DNA of 64,000 nt. It comes from an uncultured Anaerolineaceae bacterium (GTDB taxonomy: Bacteria > Chloroflexota > Anaerolineae > Anaerolineales > Anaerolineaceae). Below, in pieces: positions 1-7,744 of this stretch (the first letter of the stretch is position 1; each line of letters opens with the position of its first letter). The stretch spans positions 2,372-66,371 of the forward strand of contig CAKMKJ010000039.1 of the NCBI GenBank assembly GCA_927443345.1. The letters run 5' to 3'. Under the pieces are notes generated by a model. The model saw nothing but the letters and a program-made list of their open reading frames with translations, was not told the DNA's origin and ran no database searches. The translations under genes and the position numbers were made by a program.

Positions 1-359
1 TTTCCAGCCACTTCACCCGCATCCACTTCAACCACACGGATGTCTGTACGTTTCACCGGCCGGTCAAGCATGGATGAGTTAACCACCAGCAAGCCGCCTG
101 GTTTTACCTGATTTTCATATTTATCGAGTGAAGGCCGGTTCATGGCAATTATGGCTGCCGGGTATCGCACCAACGGAGAACCGATCTCTTCATCAGAAAT
201 GATGGCGGTGCAGTTGGCTGTTCCGCCGCGCATTTCAGGTCCATAAGCCGGGATCCAGGTGACGTGTTTACCTTCATCCAACCCGGCATAGGCCAGCAAT
301 TGTCCGCCAAAGAGCACTCCCTGGCCGCCAAACCCTGCAATAATGATTTCTGTTTGCAT
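1..359 (-). CDS. 2-oxoacid:ferredoxin oxidoreductase, gamma subunit (3' end cut by window edge)
   Basis: Absent from the ORF track because it runs off the edge. Hand translation of the minus strand from ATG 359-357 gives [50 protein letters not shown]... GGAGG lies 5 nt upstream, and the start is 13 nt after the beta-subunit stop. The GFGGQG and YGPEMRGG motifs are typical of the gamma subunit. Confidence 0.8.
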   Translation of the reverse strand, partial: MQTEIIIAGFGGQGVLFGGQLLAYAGLDEGKHVTWIPAYGPEMRGGTANCTAIISDEEIGSPLVRYPAAIIAMNRPSLDKYENQVKPGGLLVVNSSMLDRPVKRTDIRVVEVDAGEVAG

Positions 360-372
360 GTCTGCCTCCGCC

Positions 373-1155
373 TTAGAGTTTGATCTCGGCCAAAGCCGGA
401 TGGATTTTGTAGTCACCCAAAGGATAGTAGGGAATCATTTTTTCTTCGAGCCACTTGATGCTGTTCAGGGGTGAGATGCCCCAGTTGGTTGGGCAAATCG
501 AGAGTAATTCCACCATCGAAAATCCCAACCCGCGCACCTGGGTTTCAAACGCCATACGAATGGCTTTTTTGGCCATGCGGATGTGCTTGGGGTCGTGCAG
601 GCTGCGGCGCACGATATAAGACGCACCATCCAGCTTGGAGAACATCTCGGATACCCTGATAGGAAAGCCCTGGGTTTCAACATCTCTACCGGTTTGTGAT
701 GAGGTCGTTTTTTGCCCAGGCATGGAAGTGGGGGCCATCTGGCCGCCGGTCATGCCGTAATTGGTGTTGTTCAAGAAGAACACGCTGATGTTTTCACCGC
801 GGGCCGCGGCATGCACAATTTCAGCCATGCCGATGGAAGCGAGGTCGCCGTCTCCCTGGTATGTAAAGACCATGCGGTCAGGCAGCACACGCTTGATACC
901 GGTTGCCATGGCAGGGGCTCTACCATGTGGAGCCTGAACAAAATCCATGTTGAGGTAGTTATAGATAAATACCGAACAGCCAACAGAAGCCACCCCGATG
1001 GTTTTTTCGCGCATGCCCATTTCGTCTATCACTTCTGCGATCAGGCGGTTGGCGATGCCGTGCGTGCAGCCGGGGCAGTAATGCGAGGTTGTGCCGGTCA
1101 GCGAGTCAGGTCGTTCAAAAACGGTGGTTTCAATTTCGCAATTTTCCAAGACCAT
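373..1155 (-). CDS. 2-oxoacid:ferredoxin oxidoreductase, beta subunit (TPP-binding)
   Basis: 260 aa. It has HYCPGCTHG near the N-terminus and the GDGD TPP-binding motif ([11 protein letters not shown]). It sits between the alpha and gamma subunits. Confidence 0.9.
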   Translation of the reverse strand: MVLENCEIETTVFERPDSLTGTTSHYCPGCTHGIANRLIAEVIDEMGMREKTIGVASVGCSVFIYNYLNMDFVQAPHGRAPAMATGIKRVLPDRMVFTYQGDGDLASIGMAEIVHAAARGENISVFFLNNTNYGMTGGQMAPTSMPGQKTTSSQTGRDVETQGFPIRVSEMFSKLDGASYIVRRSLHDPKHIRMAKKAIRMAFETQVRGLGFSMVELLSICPTNWGISPLNSIKWLEEKMIPYYPLGDYKIHPALAEIKL

Positions 1156-1166
1156 TCTTTTCTCCT

Positions 1167-2279
1167 TTACCCTTTTGCCAAAACACGGGCTAACCAGCGG
1201 TCGCGAGGATGACCGTCAGTTGAAATCGGCGTTTCTACCATGCGGTGAATTTCACCCAGCACTTCATCAGGAAAAGGCACCACACCACCGAGGCGGGCAA
1301 AGAAGTCGGTTGGCGTGCGATAACGATTGGCCGCCAAAACATCTTCTAACATCTGGCCAGCATTCATTTCGACCACCAACATGCCCTTGATCTTGTCAGA
1401 AAGATCGGCATAAACTTGCCGGGGGAAAGGACTCAAAGTAATGGGTCTGATCAAACCTACTTTTATTCCTTCAGCGCGTGCTATACGCACGGCACTTAAA
1501 GCAATTCTGGCGCTGGAGCCAAAACCGGTCACCACGTATTCCGCATCCTCCATGTAATATTCCTGGCAGCGGATTTCGTTGGCTTCCACATCTATCCAGC
1601 GTTTGAGCAGACGGTAGTTCATTTCTTCCTGGGCAGCGGGGTCAAGGTTAATCGAGGTCAAGAAACGTCGTTCTCTACCTTCACACCCTTGAACGGCCCA
1701 ATCTGCAAACGTAGTCTTCAACGGCTGCATGGGGGGCAGTTCACAGGCCTCCATCATTTGGCCAATGGAGCCATCTGTGAGGATGACAACAATGGAGCGG
1801 TATTTATCGGCCAGGTCGAAGGCCAGCACAGTTAAATCTACGGATTCTTGCACACTACAGGGAGCCAGAACAATACAGCGGTAATCGCCGTGGCCGCCAC
1901 CGTGCACCATCTGGTTGTAATCAGATTGTGCCGGAGCGATGTTGCCCAGACCGGGTCCGCCGCGCATTACGTTTACAATCACCATTGGTAATTCAGTGCC
2001 AGCGATGTATGAAACGCCTTCAAGCATCAGGCTGACACCAGGGCTGGATGAAGACGTCATCGTACGGTAGCCAGTGCAAGCCGCACCATAAACCATATTG
2101 ATAGCGCCTAATTCGCTTTCAGCCTGCACAAAAGCTCTTCCCAGTTCAGGCATGCGGTGAGACATATATTCAAGTAACTCAGTTTGTGGAGTGATGGGGT
2201 AACCAAAATATGAAACCACTCCCGCGCGCACTGCAGCTTCAGCAACGGCTTCGTTGCCTTTCATTAATTCTAGAGACAT
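1167..2279 (-). CDS. 2-oxoacid:ferredoxin oxidoreductase, alpha subunit
   Basis: 370 aa. The MKGNEAVAEAAVRAG..YFGYPITP N-terminus is typical of the KorA/PorA/VorA family. The gap to the beta subunit is 11 nt. Confidence 0.9.
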   Translation of the reverse strand: MSLELMKGNEAVAEAAVRAGVVSYFGYPITPQTELLEYMSHRMPELGRAFVQAESELGAINMVYGAACTGYRTMTSSSSPGVSLMLEGVSYIAGTELPMVIVNVMRGGPGLGNIAPAQSDYNQMVHGGGHGDYRCIVLAPCSVQESVDLTVLAFDLADKYRSIVVILTDGSIGQMMEACELPPMQPLKTTFADWAVQGCEGRERRFLTSINLDPAAQEEMNYRLLKRWIDVEANEIRCQEYYMEDAEYVVTGFGSSARIALSAVRIARAEGIKVGLIRPITLSPFPRQVYADLSDKIKGMLVVEMNAGQMLEDVLAANRYRTPTDFFARLGGVVPFPDEVLGEIHRMVETPISTDGHPRDRWLARVLAKG

Positions 2280-2289
2280 GCAGCGCCTC

Positions 2290-2532
2290 CTAGGCGGGGA
2301 TCCGGTTTACACCGGTTTTTTCACGATAAACGGTAATCGCGGCTTCAGGGCAGATGACAGAGCAAATGCCACAACCAGTACAGCCATCCGCGACCATTGT
2401 AGCAGGGTGATACCCTTTGGCAGTGATACGGTCATTGGCGAGAGCCAGCACTTCTTGCGGACAAGATGAGATACACAGTTCGCAACCCTTGCAATACTTC
2501 TCGGTGACTACGATCCGACCCTTAAGGGGCAT
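2290..2532 (-). CDS. 2-oxoacid:ferredoxin oxidoreductase, delta subunit (2x[4Fe-4S] ferredoxin)
   Basis: 80 aa with two CxxCxxCxxxCP motifs (CKGCELCISSCP, CTGCGICSVICP). AGGAGG lies upstream of the ATG. It is the first gene of the delta-alpha-beta-gamma operon. Confidence 0.85.
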   Translation of the reverse strand: MPLKGRIVVTEKYCKGCELCISSCPQEVLALANDRITAKGYHPATMVADGCTGCGICSVICPEAAITVYREKTGVNRIPA

Positions 2533-2632
2533 TCATACCTCCTGAAAGAAATTCCCGTCTCCGGGTGATTGGTGCTTCAAATCATTACCATTATCGTCCG
2601 ATTTGGCATTCTTGTGAAGTGTCAGAAATCCT

Positions 2633-2670
2633 ATACTGCCGATACAATTCTTCATCCGTATCGGCAGTAT
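2633..2670 (-). terminator. Stem-loop (13-bp perfect arms) downstream of the DinB/ClbS-like gene
   Basis: ATACTGCCGATAC (2633-2645) pairs with GTATCGGCAGTAT (2658-2670) around a 12-nt loop. It lies 28 nt after the stop at 2698. The U-tract is weak, so a terminator role is uncertain. Confidence 0.3.
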
Positions 2671-2697
2671 TTATATTTATCATGATAGACATGTTTT

Positions 2698-3192
2698 TTA
2701 TTGGGTTTTTCTGCCAGTGATCAGTTCGCGATGCTCCCGGTGATGGTCTAATGTGCCCTCAAGCACTGCCACCAGCGGAATGCCATTTAACCAGTGATAC
2801 TTATCAGGGTCTAAAAACTCATCTTCAGAGAGTAATGAACACACCAACAGAATCTCGGAAAACCGCTGTTCCCATTCCTTTTTAGCTTCCGACAGGGAAT
2901 GATCTTTGAAAGACTGGTAGATGTCTGCGTTAACCTTGTTTGTTTCTTCGTCAGATTCAGGGTCAACACCCGGAAACCATTTCGGGAATTCAGGTTCTTG
3001 TTTTAACCTGGCAGCAACCAATTTTGCCAGCGTCACTTCTTGCCAACTGGTCAGGTGAGCCAATACATCCTTTAGCGTCCAATGGTCATCTTGGGAGCAA
3101 TCTTCGGGTCTTTCTTTGCAGTTCAACAAAAGCCCCTGCCATATTTTTAATTCTATTCGCAAAGCATCAATAGCGTCTTTAACCGATGGCAT
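2698..3192 (-). CDS. DinB / ClbS(DfsB)-like four-helix-bundle protein
   Basis: 164 aa. WTLKDVLAHLTSWQE and the C-terminal LDHHREH resemble the DinB superfamily and ClbS-like proteins. The family assignment is by eye only. Confidence 0.5.
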   Translation of the reverse strand: MPSVKDAIDALRIELKIWQGLLLNCKERPEDCSQDDHWTLKDVLAHLTSWQEVTLAKLVAARLKQEPEFPKWFPGVDPESDEETNKVNADIYQSFKDHSLSEAKKEWEQRFSEILLVCSLLSEDEFLDPDKYHWLNGIPLVAVLEGTLDHHREHRELITGRKTQ

Positions 3193-3222
3193 GTGGTCTC
3201 CCCAAGAATATAAACTTCACTT

Positions 3223-4443
3223 TTAATCACCAATCCATTCAACAATGGTGGCTTCGCCTTGCCCAACCCCTACGCATAAGGTCGCCAATCCGTAGAAAGG
3301 CTTTTTTGCTGTTAAAGACTGTTTCTTCATTTCGTGGATCAATGTGGTGAGGATGCGTGCACCTGAACAACCCAACGGGTGCCCAAGGGCAATTGCACCA
3401 CCATTTACATTGACTATTGAATGATCGAGCCCAAGTTCGCGCATGACCGCCAATGCCTGAACTGCAAACGCCTCATTCAATTCCGCGAGTTGGATATCTA
3501 TGATACTCAAGCCGGCGCGTTTAAGTGCCTTTTGTGTGGCCGGCACAGGCCCCATGCCCATGATTTTCGGTTCCACACCTGCCGTGGCGGAGGACACAAT
3601 TCTGACCAGCGGTTTCAGCCCCAGTCCTTTGGCTTTTGCTGCGCTCATCACCAATAGCGCAGATGCGCCGTCATTCATACCGGAAGAATTGCCAGCCGTG
3701 ACGCTGCCATCCACCCGGAATGCGGGTTTAAGTTTTGCCAATGATTCAAGGGTGGTGTCACGCCGCGGACGTTCGTCCGTCTCGATCAGCAGCGGCTCGC
3801 CTTTTTTCTGCGGTACCGCCACCGGGATGATCTCGTTTTCGAATTTGCCTGCATCCATCGCGGCAACTGCCCGACGGTGGCTTTCGACTGCAAAATTATC
3901 CTGCGCTTCACGGGTAATACCGGTCAGTGCAGCGATGTTTTCAGCGGTTTCACCCATGGGCTGTGTGCCGTAAAGTTCCACCATGCGCGGATTCGGGTAG
4001 CGCCATCCGAGGGCGGTATCATAAGCTGTGATATTTCCAAATGGGAATCCGCCTTCAGCTTTGGGCAGAGAATAGGGTGCGCGCGACATGCTTTCAACCC
4101 CGCCGGCCAGAATGACTTCGCCTTCACTGGCAATAATGGTGTGAAAAGCAGCATTCACGGCACTCAACCCTGATGCGCACAGCCGATTGAAGGTCAATCC
4201 AGGTACACTGACCGGAAAACCCGCCAAAAGGGATGCCATGCGCGCAATGTTGCGGTTGTCTTCGCCCGCCTGATTGGCGCAGCCCAGGTAAACATCATCT
4301 ATGGAGGAGAGATCCAGATTGTTGCGTTCAGCCAGTTTGGCAAGCAGCATGGCTGCCAAATCGTCAGGTCGCACGCGCGCGAGTACCCCGCCCAGGGCTC
4401 CAATTGGAGTCCGAACTGCATCAACGATTACCGCATCTGACAT
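3223..4443 (-). CDS. Acetyl-CoA C-acetyltransferase (thiolase II)
   Basis: 406 aa. It has the active-site Cys motif [11 protein letters not shown], then [18 protein letters not shown] and CVGVGQG. Confidence 0.92.
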   Translation of the reverse strand: MSDAVIVDAVRTPIGALGGVLARVRPDDLAAMLLAKLAERNNLDLSSIDDVYLGCANQAGEDNRNIARMASLLAGFPVSVPGLTFNRLCASGLSAVNAAFHTIIASEGEVILAGGVESMSRAPYSLPKAEGGFPFGNITAYDTALGWRYPNPRMVELYGTQPMGETAENIAALTGITREAQDNFAVESHRRAVAAMDAGKFENEIIPVAVPQKKGEPLLIETDERPRRDTTLESLAKLKPAFRVDGSVTAGNSSGMNDGASALLVMSAAKAKGLGLKPLVRIVSSATAGVEPKIMGMGPVPATQKALKRAGLSIIDIQLAELNEAFAVQALAVMRELGLDHSIVNVNGGAIALGHPLGCSGARILTTLIHEMKKQSLTAKKPFYGLATLCVGVGQGEATIVEWIGD

Positions 4444-4708
4444 GGCTTCCCTCCAGGGATTAATCTGTTCATAAATTCTACCATTTTTGAATTAGTTGCG
4501 CTCATCCTTACAAAACCGTGAAATGAAGATGATAAATCTTAAAAAATCTTAATAATTGGTAATTATTCGTGTGTTCAGACCTGTGTCATAAATAACTTGA
4601 ATTGCATTTTGTCGTGTACCAAAGTTGAATGGGTAAAATGACTTTTTCCTGTGGCAAGCTACGGGGATCAAGTTTTATGATTCATTTATGGATAAAAATT
4701 CAATCTAA

Positions 4709-4805
4709 TACTCCGGCCTCTCCCCTGCCCCTCTCCATCCGCGGGATGGAGAGGGGCGCGAACTCTGTGTACCCGAGCGAAGCGAGTGGTATTGGGGTGA
4801 GGTAA
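4709..4805. repeat. Interspersed palindromic repeat, copy A
   Basis: The first 32 nt (TACTCCGGCCTCTCCCCTGCCCCTCTCCATCC) are identical to 7507-7538. There is an internal 12-13 bp hairpin (CCCCTCTCCATCC / GATGGAGAGGGG). The tail ends in GGGGTGAGGTAA. The element is intergenic. Confidence 0.85.
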
Positions 4806-4975
4806 TAATTACAAACCTGTTTTTGGAAATTTACTCTTTTGATCATTAATAGAGCAAATCAGGATGTATTGTTGTTCAATAATCATAAAAATATATCCAA
4901 CCCAGACGTGCGCGATAAAAGCATTTCATATATAATCATAATCAAGATTGTGATTAACAATTTTTGAAAGAAAAG

Positions 4976-6433
4976 ATGAGCCAGAAAATAAAAGTGTCAA
5001 AAACCCTGATAATGCTTGCCATGCCCGCCATGTTGATCTTTATGGCAGGCTGTTCACGCACAGTAGACACCTCCGCTTCGGGTAAGACTTACCCCGTCTC
5101 AGCTCCCCTGCAAGCTTTTTACGACCGCATGGGCGGCGAGGTTGTGCTTGGCCCGGCCATTTCAAAACTAAATGACAACACCACCGGACAATGCCAATAT
5201 ACCGTTAACGCCCTGCTTTGCCATAACCCCATGGTTGCCGGTGACGAAAGTTTTTCGTTTTATTCACTGGGCAATGAACTCAATGTGAGTGATGTTTCAA
5301 TCAACACCGACTCGACTGACGGATTAATCATTAACGGCTTTACGGTTTACGAAGAATTTGTACCCATCTTTGAACGCTTCTCTCAAACCACTTACGCGGG
5401 CAATCCCATTTCGCAGGTGCGTATCAATTATGCCCAGCAGCGCGTGGAACAATATTTTGAAAAAGTGGGTTTCTACCGCAACTTCAACGACCCGATTGGG
5501 ACGGTGAAACTGCTGGCTTATGGCGCCGCTGGCTGCACCAGGGGATGCAGTTACCAACCCGCGGTTGAAGCGGAATTGTCCAATCCTTCAATTTCACTCT
5601 CCGATCTGGATCTGATGGAAAAGTTGGGCATTCTGGTTGATAAATCCGCTTTTGGAAAGGCGCTCGACAAAGCGCACACAGCCGCGGATGGCAGCCTGGA
5701 ACAGGTTTATACAGGTGTGGTGCTGTTTCAAGATGTAACCGGTGTGGTTCGACCGCGTCCGCTTTCAATGATACTGGGGATGCCGGTGAAGCCACCAGCC
5801 GAGAAACAGTATGACTATTCAAGCGGCGTGGTTTTTTATACCGTCAACGACACACTCGGATACCATGTGCCCATTTTGTTTGATACATTCATCAACGCAC
5901 ACGGCGGAACTGCCATTTCTGGTGACCCAATTAACGAAGTTTTCGAATACGAACCCGCTCTCTTCAGGCAGTGTTTCACCAATTACTGTCTGGATTACGA
6001 CCCCTCAAAACGCGAAAACAAAATGATAACCCTCACTCCGCTGGGTAAACTGTATCTCGCCATGGATCAAACCGTGCTGCCCCAGGCAGTCACTCCGCAA
6101 CCCGATCCCTCGGTCATCAGTTTGCAGGTCAGCGAGACACTGCCCAAAGTATCCACTTCCGAGGCGCAGACGATCCACGTGATGGCTCTGAACACCGAAG
6201 ATCAAACACCCCTAAGCGGCATTGAAACCGAGATTACTATTTTCTTTCCAAAAGAGAAAACCTGGTCCGCGCTGCTGGCCCCCACCGCGGTGGATGGAAC
6301 GGCTGTCATTACGCTGCCGATCTTGAAGAACATTCAAAACGGCTCCATCCTGGCTTATAAAGTATGCACCGTCAATGCCTTCGCCAGCCAAACTTGCACC
6401 ACAGGCACTTACCTGGTGTGGACGGCTCCCTGA
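4976..6433 (+). CDS. Hypothetical secreted lipoprotein
   Basis: The ORF-track frame is 4964-6433 from a TTG. I prefer ATG 4976 (MSQKIKVSK...). A signal peptide with lipobox (LIFMAGCS) is present. I recognise no catalytic motif. Confidence 0.6.
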   Translation: MSQKIKVSKTLIMLAMPAMLIFMAGCSRTVDTSASGKTYPVSAPLQAFYDRMGGEVVLGPAISKLNDNTTGQCQYTVNALLCHNPMVAGDESFSFYSLGNELNVSDVSINTDSTDGLIINGFTVYEEFVPIFERFSQTTYAGNPISQVRINYAQQRVEQYFEKVGFYRNFNDPIGTVKLLAYGAAGCTRGCSYQPAVEAELSNPSISLSDLDLMEKLGILVDKSAFGKALDKAHTAADGSLEQVYTGVVLFQDVTGVVRPRPLSMILGMPVKPPAEKQYDYSSGVVFYTVNDTLGYHVPILFDTFINAHGGTAISGDPINEVFEYEPALFRQCFTNYCLDYDPSKRENKMITLTPLGKLYLAMDQTVLPQAVTPQPDPSVISLQVSETLPKVSTSEAQTIHVMALNTEDQTPLSGIETEITIFFPKEKTWSALLAPTAVDGTAVITLPILKNIQNGSILAYKVCTVNAFASQTCTTGTYLVWTAP

Positions 6434-7435
6434 TCAGGGATTGACTTCAGCAAAGAGGTCTACCCTGTCGATCTTTTCTCCGATGCTGTAAATATTAAGA
6501 GTAAAGGGTATCCATTCGCCCGGGTTCACTGCGCCTGGTGACATGAATCTGCGAATGCCTACAATTCCACCATTGGCATCATATGCCACGGCGGCGATCC
6601 ATATTTTGCCGGTAACCCCTTCAACGCCTTCAAATTTGGCCTGGGTATTAATCACCACTGAGAGACCATTCGCGCTGATGTTGATCCCGGATTGATCCAC
6701 GGTCACCAGCGCGGATTGCAGGGCTGTGGGTGTGCCGGTCAGGTTGACGCTGGTTGCAGTTATTAACTCTATACCGATTTGTGGGTTGACTGCCACAGGC
6801 GGCGGAAAATAGGCAAACAGGGGCAGCGTACCACCGCTGGCGAGGCGGTTCAACGGCACCAGGGCAGGCCGGGTAAGCACTTCACCAGTCGCGAGATCCG
6901 TCAGACTGAATTGTGCGCTAAGGCTGTCGACCATCATGGTCTGCGGGTTGAGCAGTTCCGCAAAGCAATAGGTTCCGCCTGAGCGTGAAGGGGTGCACAG
7001 CGGATCGCTGAAGGTCATGGGCCAGGGGGTTGCGACCGGCAGGTTTTGCGTTGGCGCGACACTCTGTCCGTTGGGTGCGGGGATGAAGATCACCGTGCCA
7101 GGGGCGAGCAAATAAGGGTTCACATCCGGGTTGGCAGCTTTAATCTCATCAAGGGTGAGGCCGTTTTTGGCGGCAATGCTGAATAAAGTATCGCTGCCCT
7201 TAACGGTATAAGAAATGGGAATGGCCGTCATGGTGGGTATCAAGGTTTCGGTGGCCGCCACCGATTGGGTGGCCGTGGCTGTGGGGGTTATGGTGGCTGT
7301 GGTAAAGGGGGTCAGCGCCTCACCTGGGAACAGAGAAGTCCCCTGGGTGGGTGTTGTGCCTTGCTGACAACCGTTTAATAGCAAAACCGTGATAAGAATT
7401 ATTATTGCTAAGTTAATGGTTTTCATGTTCCGCAA
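6434..7435 (-). CDS. LysM domain-containing lipoprotein
   Basis: 333 aa with lipobox LLLNGCQ, a T/P-rich linker and a LysM motif (YTVKGSDTLFSIAAKNGLTLDEIKAANP). Its stop codon abuts the stop of the convergent gene, sharing the sequence TGATCA. Confidence 0.75.
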   Translation of the reverse strand: MRNMKTINLAIIILITVLLLNGCQQGTTPTQGTSLFPGEALTPFTTATITPTATATQSVAATETLIPTMTAIPISYTVKGSDTLFSIAAKNGLTLDEIKAANPDVNPYLLAPGTVIFIPAPNGQSVAPTQNLPVATPWPMTFSDPLCTPSRSGGTYCFAELLNPQTMMVDSLSAQFSLTDLATGEVLTRPALVPLNRLASGGTLPLFAYFPPPVAVNPQIGIELITATSVNLTGTPTALQSALVTVDQSGINISANGLSVVINTQAKFEGVEGVTGKIWIAAVAYDANGGIVGIRRFMSPGAVNPGEWIPFTLNIYSIGEKIDRVDLFAEVNP

Positions 7436-7506
7436 ATGAATCCTCCCGGTAAAAAGCTACAGGGTAGTAAGTAATTGATATTGTTCATGAGAAGAAACCA
7501 CACATT

Positions 7507-7594
7507 TACTCCGGCCTCTCCCCTGCCCCTCTCCATCCAAAGATGGAGAGGGGTAAGCCCCCACACGCGAAGCGTCGGGGGTGGGGTAAGGCAA
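7507..7594. repeat. Interspersed palindromic repeat, copy B
   Basis: It has the same 32-nt head and the same GATGGAGAGGGG arm as copy A. The central module differs, and the tail is GGGGTAAGGCAA. It is intergenic, between divergent genes. Confidence 0.85.
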
Positions 7595-7744
7595 AATATA
7601 CTAACTTTTTATCGCAGCAAGCGGCAGAAAAACGCTCACTACCGCATTATACCTCTTCAAGGTGCTTGCTCGCCGCCGTTGGCTATGTTAAACTCAACTC
7701 ACAAGTTGATTCTAAACCATAAAAAGGCAACTTTGTAGACAACC

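Noticed and set aside
149-340. 63-aa ORF on the minus strand near the left edge
   Set aside because: It lies in another frame, entirely inside the gamma-subunit reading frame (1-359) that I translated by hand. That frame has clear family motifs, an SD and operon context.
7475-7738. 87-aa ORF between the LysM gene and the PBP gene
   Set aside because: Most of it is the translation of interspersed repeat copy B (PASPLPLSIQRWRG...). It is the same kind of artefact that copy A would give.
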